From contig NC_058368.1 of assembly GCF_018350175.1 (NCBI RefSeq), positions 434,001-498,000 on the forward strand: DNA of 64,000 nt, given 5' to 3'. The stretch is from Felis catus. Lineage: Eukaryota. The stretch's first letter is position 1. Each line of letters starts with the position of its first letter. The translations under genes were made by a program, and so were the position numbers. This document shows positions 1 to 13,819 of the stretch, in pieces. A model generated the notes under the pieces. It was not told the DNA's origin and ran no database searches. It saw nothing but the letters and a program-made list of their open reading frames with translations.

Positions 1-270
1 TCCATCCCACCTTTCCCAGATCTGTCTGATGACTACCAACACCCCAACACTACCTTCCCCTTTCCATGCTTCATTTTTCTCCTTAGCAATTCTCAGTACC
101 TGACATGCTCCGTGTTTTACATGATGATCTGTTTGGTTGCCTGTCTCCCCATGGACAAGCCCTGAGATGTAAGCTCCCAGAGGCCAAGAACTTTGGTCTC
201 GTTGGTTCATTGATAAGGCCTAGAAAAGTACCTGGCACATAGTACATGCTCAATAATTATATGATGAATG
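1..270. mobile_element. L2 3'-end remnant
   Basis: atgtaagctcccagaggccaagaac...cctggcacatagtacatgctcaataattat...gaatggatg is the typical L2 terminus. Confidence 0.7.
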
Positions 271-720
271 GATGATTGGAGGAGCTTGGAACAGACTGTC
301 AACAAGGGAATGAGTTAAGAAAACAGACCTAGAAACAGAAGCATGAAAAGACCTATATTCGGAAGACAGAAGGAAAGGAGAGGGATTCAGAAGTGAAGGA
401 GAAAAGGATTATTCGTAGTGGAAAAGCATCTGGGCCTTGGAGTCAGATAGATAGAGCTAGGTTAAATACTGCTTTCCATTTATTACATTACTATGGCATT
501 CTCTCAGTATTCATCTGTCGTCTCTAGAATAGGCATAATGATATCTGCCTCACGGGGCAGCTGAGGGCATGAACTTATGAGGCCCTCATGTCTTTCAATT
601 GCTGCTCCTTCTTTTTTCACTTTATAGTCACCAGATGTAGATCTATTTTTTCATTAACACTGACATACATATGTAATTTTAATTAATGGGGTCCTATTAT
701 ACTATGCATATTATACTTTA

Positions 721-1155
721 ATTTTTTTTAAATTTTTTTTAACGTTTATTCATCTTTGAAGGGCAGAGAGAGACAGGGCATGAGCAGGGTAGGGGCAGAG
801 AGAGGGAGACACAGAATCCGAAGCAGGCTCCAGGCTCCAAGCTGTCAGCACAGAGCCCGACGCGGGGCTTTCAATTCACAGAGAGATCATGAGCTGAGTC
901 AAAGTTGGATGCTCAACCGGCCACCCAGGCGCCCCTACTTTAAAATTTTTTTTTAATGTTCATTTATTTTGACAGAGAGAAGGGGAGGGCATGCACAGGG
1001 GGAGGGACAGAGAGAGAGGGAGAGAGAGAATTCCAAGCAGACTCTGCTCTGTCAGCACGAAGCCTGACTTGGGGCTCAATCTCACAAACATGAGATGGTG
1101 ACCTGAGCTTAAATCAAGAGTCAGATGCTCAACCAACTGAGCCACCCATACACCC
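721..1155 (-). mobile_element. Two tandem Can-SINEs (721-935 and ~945-1155)
   Basis: tRNA-derived heads, (CT)n and A-tails; shared tacttta / atattatacttt target repeats. Confidence 0.92.
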
Positions 1156-1204
1156 ATATATTATACTTTTTATATGCAATCTTTTTTCTTTTTTTTATCT
1201 TAAC

Positions 1205-2540
1205 CATTTTTATTTTTAAGTACAGCTGTCACACGGTGTTGCATTAGTTTCAGGTATATGACTTAGTGATCTGACAAGTTCACACATTATGCTATGTTCA
1301 CAAGTATAGCTACCGTCTGCCCCCATTATATGATTATTACAATATCATTGATTGTATTCCTTATGCTCAGCTTTTTATTCCTGTGACTTACTTATTCCAT
1401 AAGTATTCCAGTTAATCCATAACTGAAGGGCTGTATCTTCCTCTTCCCTTCACTCATTTTGCCCTACCACCCCCCTGATCCCAGCAATCATCAGTTTGTT
1501 CTCTGTATTTATAGGCCTGATTCTGCTTTTGGTTTGTTTATTCATTTTTTTTTTTTTTTAGATTCCACTTATGAGTGGATACATTTGGTATTTGTCTTTC
1601 TCAGTCTGACTTATTTCACTTAGGATAATACCCTCTAGGTCCATCCATGTTGTTGCAAATGGCAAGATCTCATACTTTTTAAGCCTGTGTAATAATATTC
1701 CATTTTGTATATACTACATTTTCCTTATCCATTTGTCTATTGATAGGCACTTACGTTGCTTCTATGTCTTGGCTATTGTAAATAATGCTGCAATAAACAT
1801 AGGAGTGCATTTATCTTTCTCAATTAGTGTTTTCATTTTCCCTTGTTACCCAGTAGTAGAATACCCCGTAGTAGAATTATTGGATCATTATTTTAATGTT
1901 TTCAGTGCCTCCACACTGTTTTCCAGAATGTCTGGGCCAATTCCTATTCCCACCAAGAGTGCATAAAGGTTTGTTTTTCTCTACATCCTTGCCAACACTT
2001 GTGTCATGTTTTTTATTTCAGCCATTCTAACAAGCATGAGGTGATATCTCATTGTGATTTTTGATTTGCATTTCTCTGATAATTAATGATGTTAAACACC
2101 CTTTCATGTGTCTATTGGCCAACTGTATGTCTTCTTTGGAAAAACATCTACTTGTGTCCTCTGCCCATTTTTTAATCAGCTTGTTTGGCTTTTTTGTTGA
2201 GTTGTATCCGTTCTTTACATATTTTAGATATTAACCCCTTATCAGATATATCATTTGTAAATATATTCTTGCATTCAGTAGATTTTCTTTTTGTTTTGTT
2301 GATAACTCTAAACAACATATCCTTTATTGTGTAAGAGCCTTTTATTTTTATGTCATTGAAGTTTATTTTTGCTTTATTTCCCTTGCCTTAGGAGACATGT
2401 CTAGGAAAATGTTGGTACAGCTCATAGAGAAATTACTGCTTGTGCTCTCTTTTAGGACTTTTATGGCTTTAGGTTTCACATTTAGATCTTTAATCCATGT
2501 TGAGTCTATTTTTGTATATGGTATGCAAGATTTTTCTTTT
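1205..2540 (-). mobile_element. Older L1 3' fragment (ORF2 end and 3'UTR)
   Basis: ORF 2363..2599 (PYTKIDSTWIKDLNVKP) and L1 3'UTR sequence. Confidence 0.85.
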
Positions 2541-2728
2541 TTGCTTGCTTCTCCCTGCCACCCACTCCAGGGAATCTGTGTTACCAAGTTGGTATGCAAT
2601 CTTCCTCATTTTCTCCATGCTCATATAACCATAAAGAAATAAAAGGTAGTAATAATACAGCATTAACTTGAAATCACTAAGATTGGAGTAAAAGTTAACT
2701 TTGCAAATATGTAGAAAGTAGCAAATAT

Positions 2729-3112
2729 ATATGCTAAGCAAAATAAGTCATTCAGAGAAAGGCAAATATCATATGATTTCACTCCTATGTGGAATTTAAA
2801 AAACAAAGCAGATGAAGATAGCAGAAGGGGAGGAAAAATAAAATAAAACAAAAACAGAGAGGGAGGCAAGCCATAAGAGACTCTTAGATATAGAGACTAA
2901 CTGAGGGTTGCTGGAAGGGAGGTGGGGGGGGGGGATGGGCTAAATGGGTGATGGGCATTAAGGAGGGCACTTATTGGGATAAGCACTGAGTGTTATATGT
3001 AAGTGATGAATCACTAATTTCTACTCCTGAAATCAATACTATGCTATATTAACATATAGTGAACTTTATGTTAAATTCAGTTCACTAAATTTAATTTTAG
3101 AACTAACTTAAA
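2729..3112 (+). mobile_element. L1 3'UTR fragment with no A-tail at the junction with L1 copy A
   Basis: atgctaagcaaaataagtca...gagggttgctgg...tctactcctgaaa...aactaactt, homologous to other L1 3' ends in this window. Confidence 0.85.
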
Positions 3113-6100
3113 TTTTTTTTTATTTTTTTATCTTTGTTTTTTTAATATGAAATTTATTGTCAAATTGGTTTCCATACAACACCCAGTGCTCATCCCAACA
3201 GGTGCCCTCCTCAATACCCATCTCCCACCCTCCCCTCCCTCCTACGCCCCAGCAACCCTCGGATTGTTCTCAGTTTTTAAGAGTCTCTTATGGTTTGTCT
3301 CCCTCCATCTCTAACTTTTTTTTTCCTTCCCCTCCCCCATGGTCTTCTGTTAAGTTTCTCAGGATCCACGTAAGAGTGAAAACATATGGTATCTGTCTTT
3401 CTCTGTATGACTTTTTTCACTTAGCATAACATTCTCCAGTTCCATACACGTTGCTACAAAAGGCCATATTTCATTCTTTCTCATTGCCAGTAGTATTCCT
3501 TTGTATATACAAACCACAATTTCTTTATCCATTCAAAAGTTGATGGACATTCAGGCTCTTTTAAGAATTTGGCTATTGTTGAAAGGGCTGCTATAAACAT
3601 TGGGGTACAAGTGCCCCTATGCATCAGCACTCCTGTATCCCTAGGGAAAATTCCTAGCAGTGCTATTGCTGGGTCATATGATAAATCTATTTTTAATTTT
3701 TTGAGGAACCTCCACACTGTTTTCCAGAGCGGCTGCACCAGTTTGCATTCCCACCCACAGTGCAAGAGGGTTCCCTTTTCTCCACATCCTCGCCAACATC
3801 TGTAGTCTCCTGATTTGTTCATTTTAGCCACCCTGACTGGCGTGAGGTGGTATCTCAGTGTGGTTTTGATTTGTATTTCCCTGATGAGGAGTGACGCTGA
3901 GCATCTTTTCATGTGCCTGTTGGCCATCTGGATGTCTTCTTTAGAGAAGTGTCTATTCATGTTTTCTGCCCATTTCTTCACTGGATTATTTGTTTTTCGG
4001 GTGTGGAGTTTGGTGAGCTCTTCATAGATTTTGGATACTAGCCCTTTGTCCAATATGTCATTTGCAAATGTATTTTCCCATTCCGTTGGTTGCCTTCTGT
4101 TTTTTGTTTGGTTGATTGTTTTGTTGATTGTTTCCTTTGCAGTGCAGAAGCTTTTTATCTTTGTGAGGTCCCAATAGTTCATTTTTGCTTTTAATTCCCT
4201 TGCCTTTGGAGATGTGTCAAGTAAGAAATTGCTGTGGCTACAGTCAGAGAGGTTTGTTCCTGCTTTCTCCTCTAGGGTTCTGATGGTTTCCTGTCTCACA
4301 TTCAGGTCCCTTTATGCATTTTGAGTTTATTTTTATGAATGGTGTAAGAAAGTGGCCTAGTTTCATTCTTCTGCATGTTGCAGTCCAGTTCTCCCAGCAC
4401 CATTTGTTAAAAAGACACTCTTTTTTCCATCGGATATTCTTTCCTGCTTTGTCAAAGATAACTTGGCCATACTTTTGTAGGGCCAATTCTGGAGTCTCTA
4501 TTCTATCCCATTGGTCTATGTGTCTGTTTTTGTGCCAATATGATGCTGTCTTGATGATTACAACTTTGTAGTAGAGACTACAGTCTGGGATTGTGATGCC
4601 TCCCACTTTGGTCTTCTTCCTCAATATTACTTTGGCTATTCGGGGTCTTTTGTGGTTCCATACAAATGTTAGGATTGCTTGTTCTAGCTTCGAGAAGAAT
4701 GCTGGTGCAATTTTGATTGGGATTTCATCGAATGTGCAGATAGCTTTGGGTAGTATTGACATTTTAACAATATTTATTCTTCCAATCTGTGAGCATGGAA
4801 TGTTTTTCCATTTCTTTATACCTTCTTCAGTTTCCTTCATAAACTTTCTATAGTTTTCAGCATACAGATCTTTCACATCTTTGGTTAGGTTTATTACCAG
4901 GTATTTTATGCTTCTTGGTGCAGTTGTGAATGGGATCAGTTTCTTTATTTGTCTTTCTGTTACTTCATTATTAGTGTATAAGAATGCAACTGATTTCTGT
5001 ACATTGATTTTGTGTCCTGCGACTTTGCTGAATTCATGTATCCGTTCTAGTAGACTTTGGGTGGAGTCTGTCAGGTTTTGCATGTTTAATATCATGTCAT
5101 CTGCAAAAAGTGAAAGTTCGACTTCATCTTTGCCAATTTTGATGCCTTTGATTTCCTTTTGTGTTCTGATTGTTGATGCTAGGACTTCCAACACTATGTT
5201 AAACAACAGCGGTGAGAGTGGACATCCCTGTCGTGTTCCTGATCTCAGGAGGAAACCTCTCAGTTTTTCCCCATTGAGGATGATATTAGCTGTGGGCTTT
5301 TCATAAATGGCTTTTATGATGTTGACGTATGTTCCTTCTATCCCGACTTTCTCAAGGGGTTTTATTAAGAAAGGAATCTGAATTTTGTCAGATGCTTTTT
5401 CTGCATCGATTGGCAGGATCATATGATTCTTTTCTTTTCTTTTCTTAATGTGATGTATCACATTGATTGATTTGCAAATGGTGAACCAGCCCTGTAGCCC
5501 ACGAATGAGTCCCACTTGATCATGGTGAATAATTCCTTTTATATGCTGTTGAATTCGAGTTGCTAGTATCTTGTTGAGAATTTTTGCATCCATATTCATC
5601 AGGGATATTGGCCTGTAGTTCTCTTTTTTTGCTGGGTCTCTGTCTGGTTTAGGAATCAAAGTAATGCTGGCTTCATAGAAGGAGTCTGGAAGTTTTCCTT
5701 CCCTGTCTATTTTTTTGGAACAGCTTGAGAAGGATAGGTATTATTTCTGCTTTAAATGTCTGGTAGAATTCCCCAGGGAAGCCATCTGGTCCTGGACTCT
5801 TATTTGTTGGCAGGTTTGTGATACCTGATTCAATTTCTTCACTGGTTATGGGTCTGTTCAAGTTTTCTGTTTCTTCCTGTTTGAGTTTTGGAAGTGGGTG
5901 GGTGCTTAGGAATTTGTCCACTTCTTCCAGGTTGTCCAGTTTGTTGGCATGTAATTTTTCATAGTGTTCCCTGATAATTGCTTGTATCTCTGAGGGATTG
6001 GTTGTAATAATTCCCTTTTCATTCATGATTTTATCTATTTGGGTCATCTCCCTTTTCTTTTTGAGAAGCCTGGCTAGAGGTCTATCAATTTTGTTTATTG

Positions 6101-8587
6101 TTTCAAAAAACCAACTCTTGGTTTCATTGATCTGCTCTATAGTTTTGTTTATTTCTGCTCTGATCTTTATTATTGCTCTTATTCCGCTGGATTTGGGGTG
6201 TCTTTGCTGTTCTGCTTCTAGTTCCTTTAGGTGTGCTGTTAGATTTTGTACTTGGGATTTTGCTTGTTTCTTGAGATAGGCCTGGATTACAATGTATTTT
6301 CCTCTCAGGACTGCCTTTGCTGCATCCCAAAGCGTATGGATTGTTGTATTTTCATTTTCATTTGTTTCCATATATTTTTAAATTTCTTCTCTGATTGCCT
6401 GGTTGACCCATTCATTCTTTAGTAGGGTGTTCTTTAACCTCCATGCTTTTGGAGGTTTTCCAGACTTTTTCCTGTAATTGATTTCAAGTTTCATAGCATT
6501 GTGGTCTGAAAGTGTTCCTGGTGTGATCTCAATTCTTTCATACTTATGAAGGGCTGTTTTGTGACCCAGTATGTGATCTATTTTGGAGACTGTTCCATGT
6601 GCACTCGAGAAGAAAGTATATTCTGTTGCTTTGGGATGCAGAGTTCTAAATCTATCTGTCAAGTCCATCTGATCCAATGTATCATTCAGGGCCCTTGTTT
6701 CTTTATTGATCCTGTGTCTAGATGATCTATCCATTGTTGTAAGTGGGATGTTAAAGTCCCCTGCAATTACCACATTCTTATCCAATAAGGTTGCTTATGT
6801 TTGTGAGTAGTCGTTTTATATATTTGGGGGCTTCCCTATTTGGCACATAGACATTTATAATTGTTAGCTCTTCCTGATGGATACTCCCTGTAATTATTTT
6901 ATAGTGCCCTATTTCATCTCTTGTTACAGCCTTTAATTTAAAGTCTAGTTTGTCCGATACAAGTATGGCTACTCCAGCCATACTACTCTTTTGACCTCCA
7001 GTAGCATGACAGATGGTTCTCCATCCCCTCACTTTCAATCTGAAGGCGTCCTCAGGTCTAAAATGAGTCTCGTGTAGACAGCAAATAGATGGGTCTTGTT
7101 TTTTAATCCATTCTGATACCCTATGTCTTTTGGTTGGATCATTTAGTCCTTTTACATTCAGTGTTATTAGTCAAAGATGTGGGTTCAGAGTCGTTGTGAT
7201 GTCTGTTTCATGCTTGTAGTGATGTCTCTGGCACTTTGTAGTCCTTGCAACATTTCACTCACAGAATCCCCCTTAGGATCTCTTGTAGGACTGGTTTAGT
7301 GGTGATGAATTCCTTCAGCTTTTGTTTGTTTGGGAAGACCTTTATCTCTCCTTCTATTCTGAATGACAGACTTGCTGGAGAAAGGATTCTCAGCTGCATA
7401 TTTTCTCTGTTCATCACATTGAAGATTTCCTGCCATTCCTTTCTGGCCTGCCAAGTTTCAGTAGATAGGGCTGCTACTATTCTTATGAGTCTACCTTTGT
7501 AACTTAGAGCCTGTTTATCCCTAGCTGCTTTCTGAATTTTCCCTTTATCCTTGTATTTCACCAGTTTCACTATGATGTGTTATAGAGAAGACCGATTCAA
7601 GTGTACGTCTGTAGGGGGTTCTCTGTGCCTCTTGGATTTCAGTGCCTTTTTCCTTTCCCAGATCAGGGAAGTTTTCAGCTATGATTTGTTCAAGTAAGCC
7701 TTTAGCCCCTTTCTCTCTCTTCTTCTTCCTCTTCTGGAATTCCTATGATATGGATATTGTTCTGTTTGATTGCATCACTTAGTTCTCTAAATCTCCCCTC
7801 ATACTCCTGGATTTTTTTTTTATCTCCCTTTTTCTCAGCTTTCTGCTTTCCCATAATTTTATCTTCTGATTCACCTATTCCCTCCTCTGCCTCCTCAATC
7901 CGTGCTATGGCTGCCTCCATTTTATTTTGCACCTCATTTATAGCGTTTTTTAGCTTCTCACGACTATTTCTCAGTCCCTTGATCTCTGTAGCAATAGATT
8001 CTCTGCTGTCCTCTATGCTTTTTTCAAGTCCAGCAATTAATTTTATGACTATTATTCTAAACTCTTGTTCCGTTATACTGCTTGAGTTGGTTTTGATCAA
8101 TTTGTTAGCGGTTGCTACTTCCTGGAGTTTCTTTTGAGGAGAATTCTTCCGTTTCATCATTTTGCATGGTCCCTGGGGTAGCTCCAAACTGCAGGGCACT
8201 TCCCCTGTGCTGTCCAGAGTAACTTGTGTTGGTGGATGGGGCCGCAGTCAGACCTGATGTCTGCCCCCAGCCCACCACTGGGGCCACAGTCAGACTGGTG
8301 TGTACCTTATCTTCCCCTGTCCAGGGGCAGGACTCACTGTGGAGTGGTGTGGCCCCTGTCTGGGCTACTTGCACACTGCTGGGCTTGTGGTGCTGCTTCG
8401 GTAGGATCTGGCCAGGGGTATATTAGCCAGGGTGGATCTGCAAGGTGCACAGGGGCGGGAGGGGCAGGCTTAGTTCGCTTTGCCATGGTCGTCCCCTGTG
8501 GGAGGTAGCACCTGAAGGGAGGCAGACCCGTCGGAGGGATGGATCCACAGAAGTACAGTGTTGGGCGTTTGTGTGGTGCAAGCAAGT
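3113..8587 (-). mobile_element. LINE-1 copy A: partial 5'UTR, disrupted ORF1 and ORF2, 3'UTR, A-tail
   Basis: ORF fragments 7702-8199 and 7259-7570 (ORF1), 6778-7038 and 6378-6785 (endonuclease), 5673-6371, 4244-5659 (RT, LFADDM), 3481-4299; several frameshifts and stops. Confidence 0.97.
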
Positions 8588-9952
8588 CTTGACATTTTTT
8601 TCTAGACTCTCTGAAAGTATCAGGTTGTCATTAAAATAATTTATTATACAACATTCACAGAACCTCATACATAGTATATACTCCGTAGAAATGTAGTAAA
8701 TGCTCACATGGCATCAGAACACCAGATGGCAGTAGGGAGATCTCACAAACATACCACTAACCAGCTTGACATAGCCGCAAAATGCACTAGATGGCACCCA
8801 GCCCATAACAAACAGCATTTGCAGTTTGATTCCTACTTTATGCTCTGGAGGTAGTTTTCAGGTCTTCTGCCATGTTGCTTCTGCCTTTTCTATGCTAAAG
8901 CATTACTATCAGAGGTGTGCAGTGAAAAGGTATACACTGTCTTCTATGTGCTTCTGGAGGTGGCAGAATACCCACCTCTTCCAGAAAGTGACTCTAGATT
9001 TTTTCTTAGAAATTTCAGGGTAGTGGAGCAGGAAGGACCTTTAAAGATTCCTACATACCCTTCCTCATTTGGGATGAGGAGGCCAACGCTCAGAACCACT
9101 CTGACTTCCTTGGGTAGAGTTAGAGTTCTGGTGTTGTGGTGTCTGGACCATGCTCCTATATTTTACTACACCAATTTCGATGCCCACTTCCAGAAGACTT
9201 TACTTTGGGGACTTGTAACAGAGATGAACTGGATCAATATGAAATTTTAGATGAAAGGAGAGAAGACAGTTGCTGCTCCAGGCTAGGTTTGGGGACCTTT
9301 TGTAGGGATCAGCAAATTTCAACCTGGCTATGACGAGTTAGTAGATAAGATGGGATTACAGTGTCCTTTCTTGAGAAATAACTCCAAGAAGAGCTCTGGA
9401 GTCCTAGAAATTGGGAGAAACCTGCAGGGCCTGAGGAAATGTACCCCTGTGAGCCTTCTTACAGGGCAGCAGGGTGCAAGCATCTGTCACTGTTCCTCCT
9501 ATGCTCTGTTCAGGACTCCACTCATTAATTGGGAGAATTCTCCATATGCATTTGTCAGAGCAAGTGACTGCTTTCCTGACAGTTGGGTGAGGTTACATAC
9601 CTCTAGCCTGAACTTAGCCAGCAGAAGTTAACTAGTGATTCCGAGACTTTGGTGTGTTAAGAATCCCTTGGAGAGGTTATGGGAATGCAGAGGCCCAAGC
9701 TCTAGAGGTTCCGATTTAAGAGGTTGAGGTGAAGCTCACTGAGAGACAGATTGCCTTACATAGCTGAAGTTTCTTCTGACTACTCGGTGGTTTATGTACA
9801 TTTCCCTAGTTCCATCCATTCTAAGACCTACATTCCCTGCTATCTACATCTTTTTTAATTCTTCTAGAAACATAAAGGTATAGACACTGAGGGAGAAGCA
9901 ACACCCATGTTTAGAGTGACTTTATTTGTTTATATTTGAGGCAAGTTGTTAT

Positions 9953-10075
9953 TTTTAAGTATGCTCCATGCCCAGCAAGGAGCCCAATGTGGGGCTTGAA
10001 CTCAGGACTTTGAGACCAAGACCTGAGCTGAGATCAAGAGTCAGATGCTTAACCAACTGAGCCACCCAGGCACCC
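9953..10075 (-). mobile_element. Short Can-SINE
   Basis: Perfect 16-bp TSD tgaggcaagttgttat at 9937 and 10076. Confidence 0.9.
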
Positions 10076-11114
10076 TGAGGCAAGTTGTTATGATTAGAAA
10101 ATCTCCAAGGGACAGTGAGCCCAAGCTTGGCTTTGCATCTACTCTGTGGTGAGGCAGATGAAAGGGACTGCATTTGCAGGTAACTTTCAATAGAAAAATA
10201 CATGACCTGTTGTGACCGACTGTAATAGTCACTGATTGTGTATGCTATGCTGTTACCTGAAAGGCGGTCCTGCCCCTGGAGCCTTTCCTCAGGAGCCCTG
10301 GCCAGAGTGGTGGGTAGGCACACACTTGCAGCTTCTGTTCTCTACCTTTCCAAACCCTCACCTGCCCATTTCTTATGGACAGTAGGCTCCCTGTCCCTCC
10401 TCTCAGATGTTATAAAAGAATGAAACGTTTCATGCAAAGCTTGAGAAGCAGTCACTTCTCCAGTCTCATGTTGTCTTGCTGGGTATTATATGGCTGCCAT
10501 TTCCTGTTGTCGATGCCATCCTCACTCTCCATACTTGAGTCAGATATGTCTTTAAAGCAGTTCACAACACTGGGTATGATTCTAACACATGGTATCAGTT
10601 TTGACAGTAGCTCCAGGGAGGAAAGGAAGACACAAATGAAGGGGTATTTAAACTCGTTGTAGTAAAGGAGGATTTGAGAACTATGGAAAAATTGCAGTGG
10701 GGGGTGTGGTGATGTAGCCTGAGTCACAATAGGGTCATGCTTACCACCCTTTTCTCACCGGGATATTTAATTCTCAGCCTCTTGTTTCCTCTCTGTGTTC
10801 CTCCTCTTATCTCCTCTAACCCCCTCACTTTTCATCTTAAAGGCAAATAAAACTCACATCAGAATTGATAGAAGTTCTTGGAAACCAATAACTCATTCCT
10901 ATGTTCACTGGCCTATGTCATTTTAGTACAAACGGTATATTAAATGTCGCAATTCATCCTTGTGTTTTTACATAAAACTGCTCTCAGATCCCCAACGCCT
11001 CCTTCAAATCGTCCCCACCGGGGCTGAACACAGGTGGTGGATTCCCACCAGCATTAAGATCTCTGTGGTTTGTCTGTACCATCCATTTTAGCTGTCAATT
11101 ATGCTCTCTTTCAT

Positions 11115-11945
11115 TTTATTTTCTGTTATCTTAATTCCAGTATAGCTGACACAGTGTTATATTAGTTCCAAGTGTATAATATAGTGATTCAGTACTTCCA
11201 TACATCTCCTGGTGTTCATCATAAGTGCACTCCTTAACTCCCATCACCTATTTCACCCATCCCCCCACCCACCTTCCCTCTGGTAACCATCCGTTTGTTC
11301 TCTACAGTTAAGAGTCTATGTCTTGCCTTGTCTCTGTCTTTTTTTCTTTTGCTCTGTTTCTTAAATTCTACATATGAGTGAAAGTATTTGGTTTTTGTCT
11401 TTCCCTGACTGACTTATTTTGCTTAGCATTATCTCTCTAGCTCCATCCATTTTGTTGCAAATGACAAGATTCCATTCTTTTTATGGCTGTGTAATATTCC
11501 ATTATATATACATATCACATCTTCTTTATTAATTCATCAGTCTATGGACACTTGGGCTGCTTCCATAATTTGGCTATTGTAAATAATGCCACTATAAACA
11601 TCGGGCTGCATGTGTCTCTTTGCATTTGTACTTTTGAATCCTTTGAGTAGTGCAATTACTGGATTGTAGGATAGTTCTATTTTTAACTTTTTGAGGAACC
11701 TCCATACTCTTTTCCACAGTGACTGCACCAGTTTGCATTCCCACCAACGGTGCAAGATGGTTCTCCTTTCTCTGCATCCTTGCCAACCCTTGTTGTTTCT
11801 TGTGTTGTTGATTTTAGCCTTTCTGACATGTGTGAGGTGATATTTCATTGTAGTTTTGATTTTCATTTCCTTGATGATCAGTGATGTTGAGGTCTGTTGG
11901 CCATCTGAATGTCTTTGGAGAAATGTCTGTTTATGTTCTCTTTTC
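11115..11945 (-). mobile_element. 5'-truncated L1 fragment
   Basis: ORF 11537..11968 resembles the ORF2 C-terminus ([11 protein letters not shown]); 3'UTR present. Confidence 0.88.
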
Positions 11946-13486
11946 TTATCAGTCTTTAATTGTTTCACGTGGATTGGTCTTGCTTTTTTGAGGCAGATTG
12001 CATTTTCCTAAAGATGGCTCCCATATTATCCCCTGCAGGGTGCTGTTGACACCCTTCCTGTTAGTGGTGGTGGGTGAGAAAGATGGTACAAAATGAAGCT
12101 GGAGAGGTGGACAAAGGCAGATTATAAGGAGCATTGTAGGCTATGCTAAAACTTTGGATTTTATTAAGCAGGGGAATGATATGATTCAAGTGCTTTCTCT
12201 CTCTTTTAGGTTGTGGGGAGCAGTTGGTAGTGATAGGTAGAAGAGCTTCAGTTGTTGTTTTTAGCTCCAGAATAAGGAGCTGTTCTCCTCATAGGCTGGA
12301 GATTCTCCTACCCAGGATGTTGCTTACCAAGGAAATGAAAGAAGGAAATAGGCCTGTACACCACCGAAGCAGAGCAGTATAGTAGGAAGGCTTAGGTTGG
12401 CCAAAGGTCTCTAAGAACACTTATTACTTATGGACCTCAGCCCTCATCTGCAAAATGGGCATGATAATAGTCACTGCCTTGTAGAGCTGCTTACAGGATT
12501 CACTGAGATAATGCTTGCAGAGGGCTCCCACAGTGTCTGACACACAGTGAGCGCATGAACTAAAATGGACTCTTGTTGACTCCTAACCCGCTCAGGGTTT
12601 CTGGTTAGTCCCTTCTATCTTTCAAGAATTTTGAATGAGGAATTCAATGGGGCCATGAAAAATACTCCATACCAGGAGACAGATAAATTCAGTTTTGTCA
12701 TTGATTATCTGTGTGACATTAGGCAAGTGAATCTCTTTGAGATTCATTTTTCTTACCTGTAAAATACCCAGATCATTCCTCAGATTTATTATGAGAATTA
12801 AGTGTGAAATGGCTTTGAAACAGTCCACTGTTAACAAGTGTCAGGTATTAATGCTGTTCTTAAATAACACTTGCCCTCCCATGTTCCTGGAGATGTTAAT
12901 GAGTGGAAAGAATTTGGGGCTGTGGCCAGGGGCAGCATACACTTGAAAAAGATGAATGTGTGGTGGAAACTACAGCAGCCTTCTCATTACACTTTGTGCC
13001 CTAAAATCCGGTGGCCAGACTGCATTAGCATTCATATCGCATGAGTGAGACATGAGACATGGCAAGTGAGCTCTCCATCGGCAGGTTTTCCAGGTCTACT
13101 CTTTGGATGAACCTGAAATTACCTTTCAGAGGTTGGCCCAGGTGAAGCATGAGGGGTCCTGAAGAGGTCTGGCTACAGTGGTCTGTAGTCCTCAGTCCTT
13201 TGGTCTGTAGTCCAAACCTAAATTCTTAGAGCTGTGGTTTTTCTTCCTATAAAATATAAATAGTAGTAAACCTACCTCCGGCTTTTGATTCCCACAATAC
13301 TACAAAACTAAATGGAATTTTAAAAATTGTGTAAGACTATTCACATATTTTTGAGGTTTTCTTTTTTATGTTAATATATAAAAATCACTATGGAAAGTAT
13401 TCTTGGAGAGTGCATTCTCTTCAAGTAGAAGAAACTGAAATAACGTTGGGTTTCACAGGCATTGACTGATCCCTCTTTTGTGAGAG

Positions 13487-13735
13487 ACAGTATCACACAG
13501 TGGCTAAGAGCACAGACTGTGGAGTCAGACTGGTTAGGTCTGATTCCTGACTCTGCTACTTAAAGCTAATCATGTGTACCTGGACAATGTACTCACTCTC
13601 TCTGTGCCCCAGTTTTCCCATTTGCAAAATGGGATAACAATATACCTGCCTCTCAAGGTTGTTGGGAGGATTAACTGAGTTAACATATATAAAAGTGCTT
13701 AGAACAGTGTCTGGCAAATGATAAGCACTAAATAA
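13487..13735 (+). mobile_element. MIR SINE, well preserved; weaker MIR remnants near 410-570, 12400-12560, 12690-12850 and 16740-16935
   Basis: MIR core ctctctgtgccccagttttcccatttgcaaaatgggataacaa and tail aaagtgcttagaacagtgtctggca. Confidence 0.85.
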
Positions 13736-13819
13736 AACCCTGTCTGTAGTCAGTGCCTGGCACAGTTTTTAGCACCATGTAGGGCTTCTAGAACTGTGTT
13801 GTTTGCGATGTTGTTTCTT

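Noticed and set aside
10375..10727. Opposing 95-aa and 91-aa ORFs in non-repetitive spacer DNA
   Set aside because: No recognisable protein similarity or convincing exon structure; would need a homology or conservation search.
13171..13215. Short direct repeat tggtctgtagtcc (two copies)
   Set aside because: Small local duplication with no further structure; not an array.
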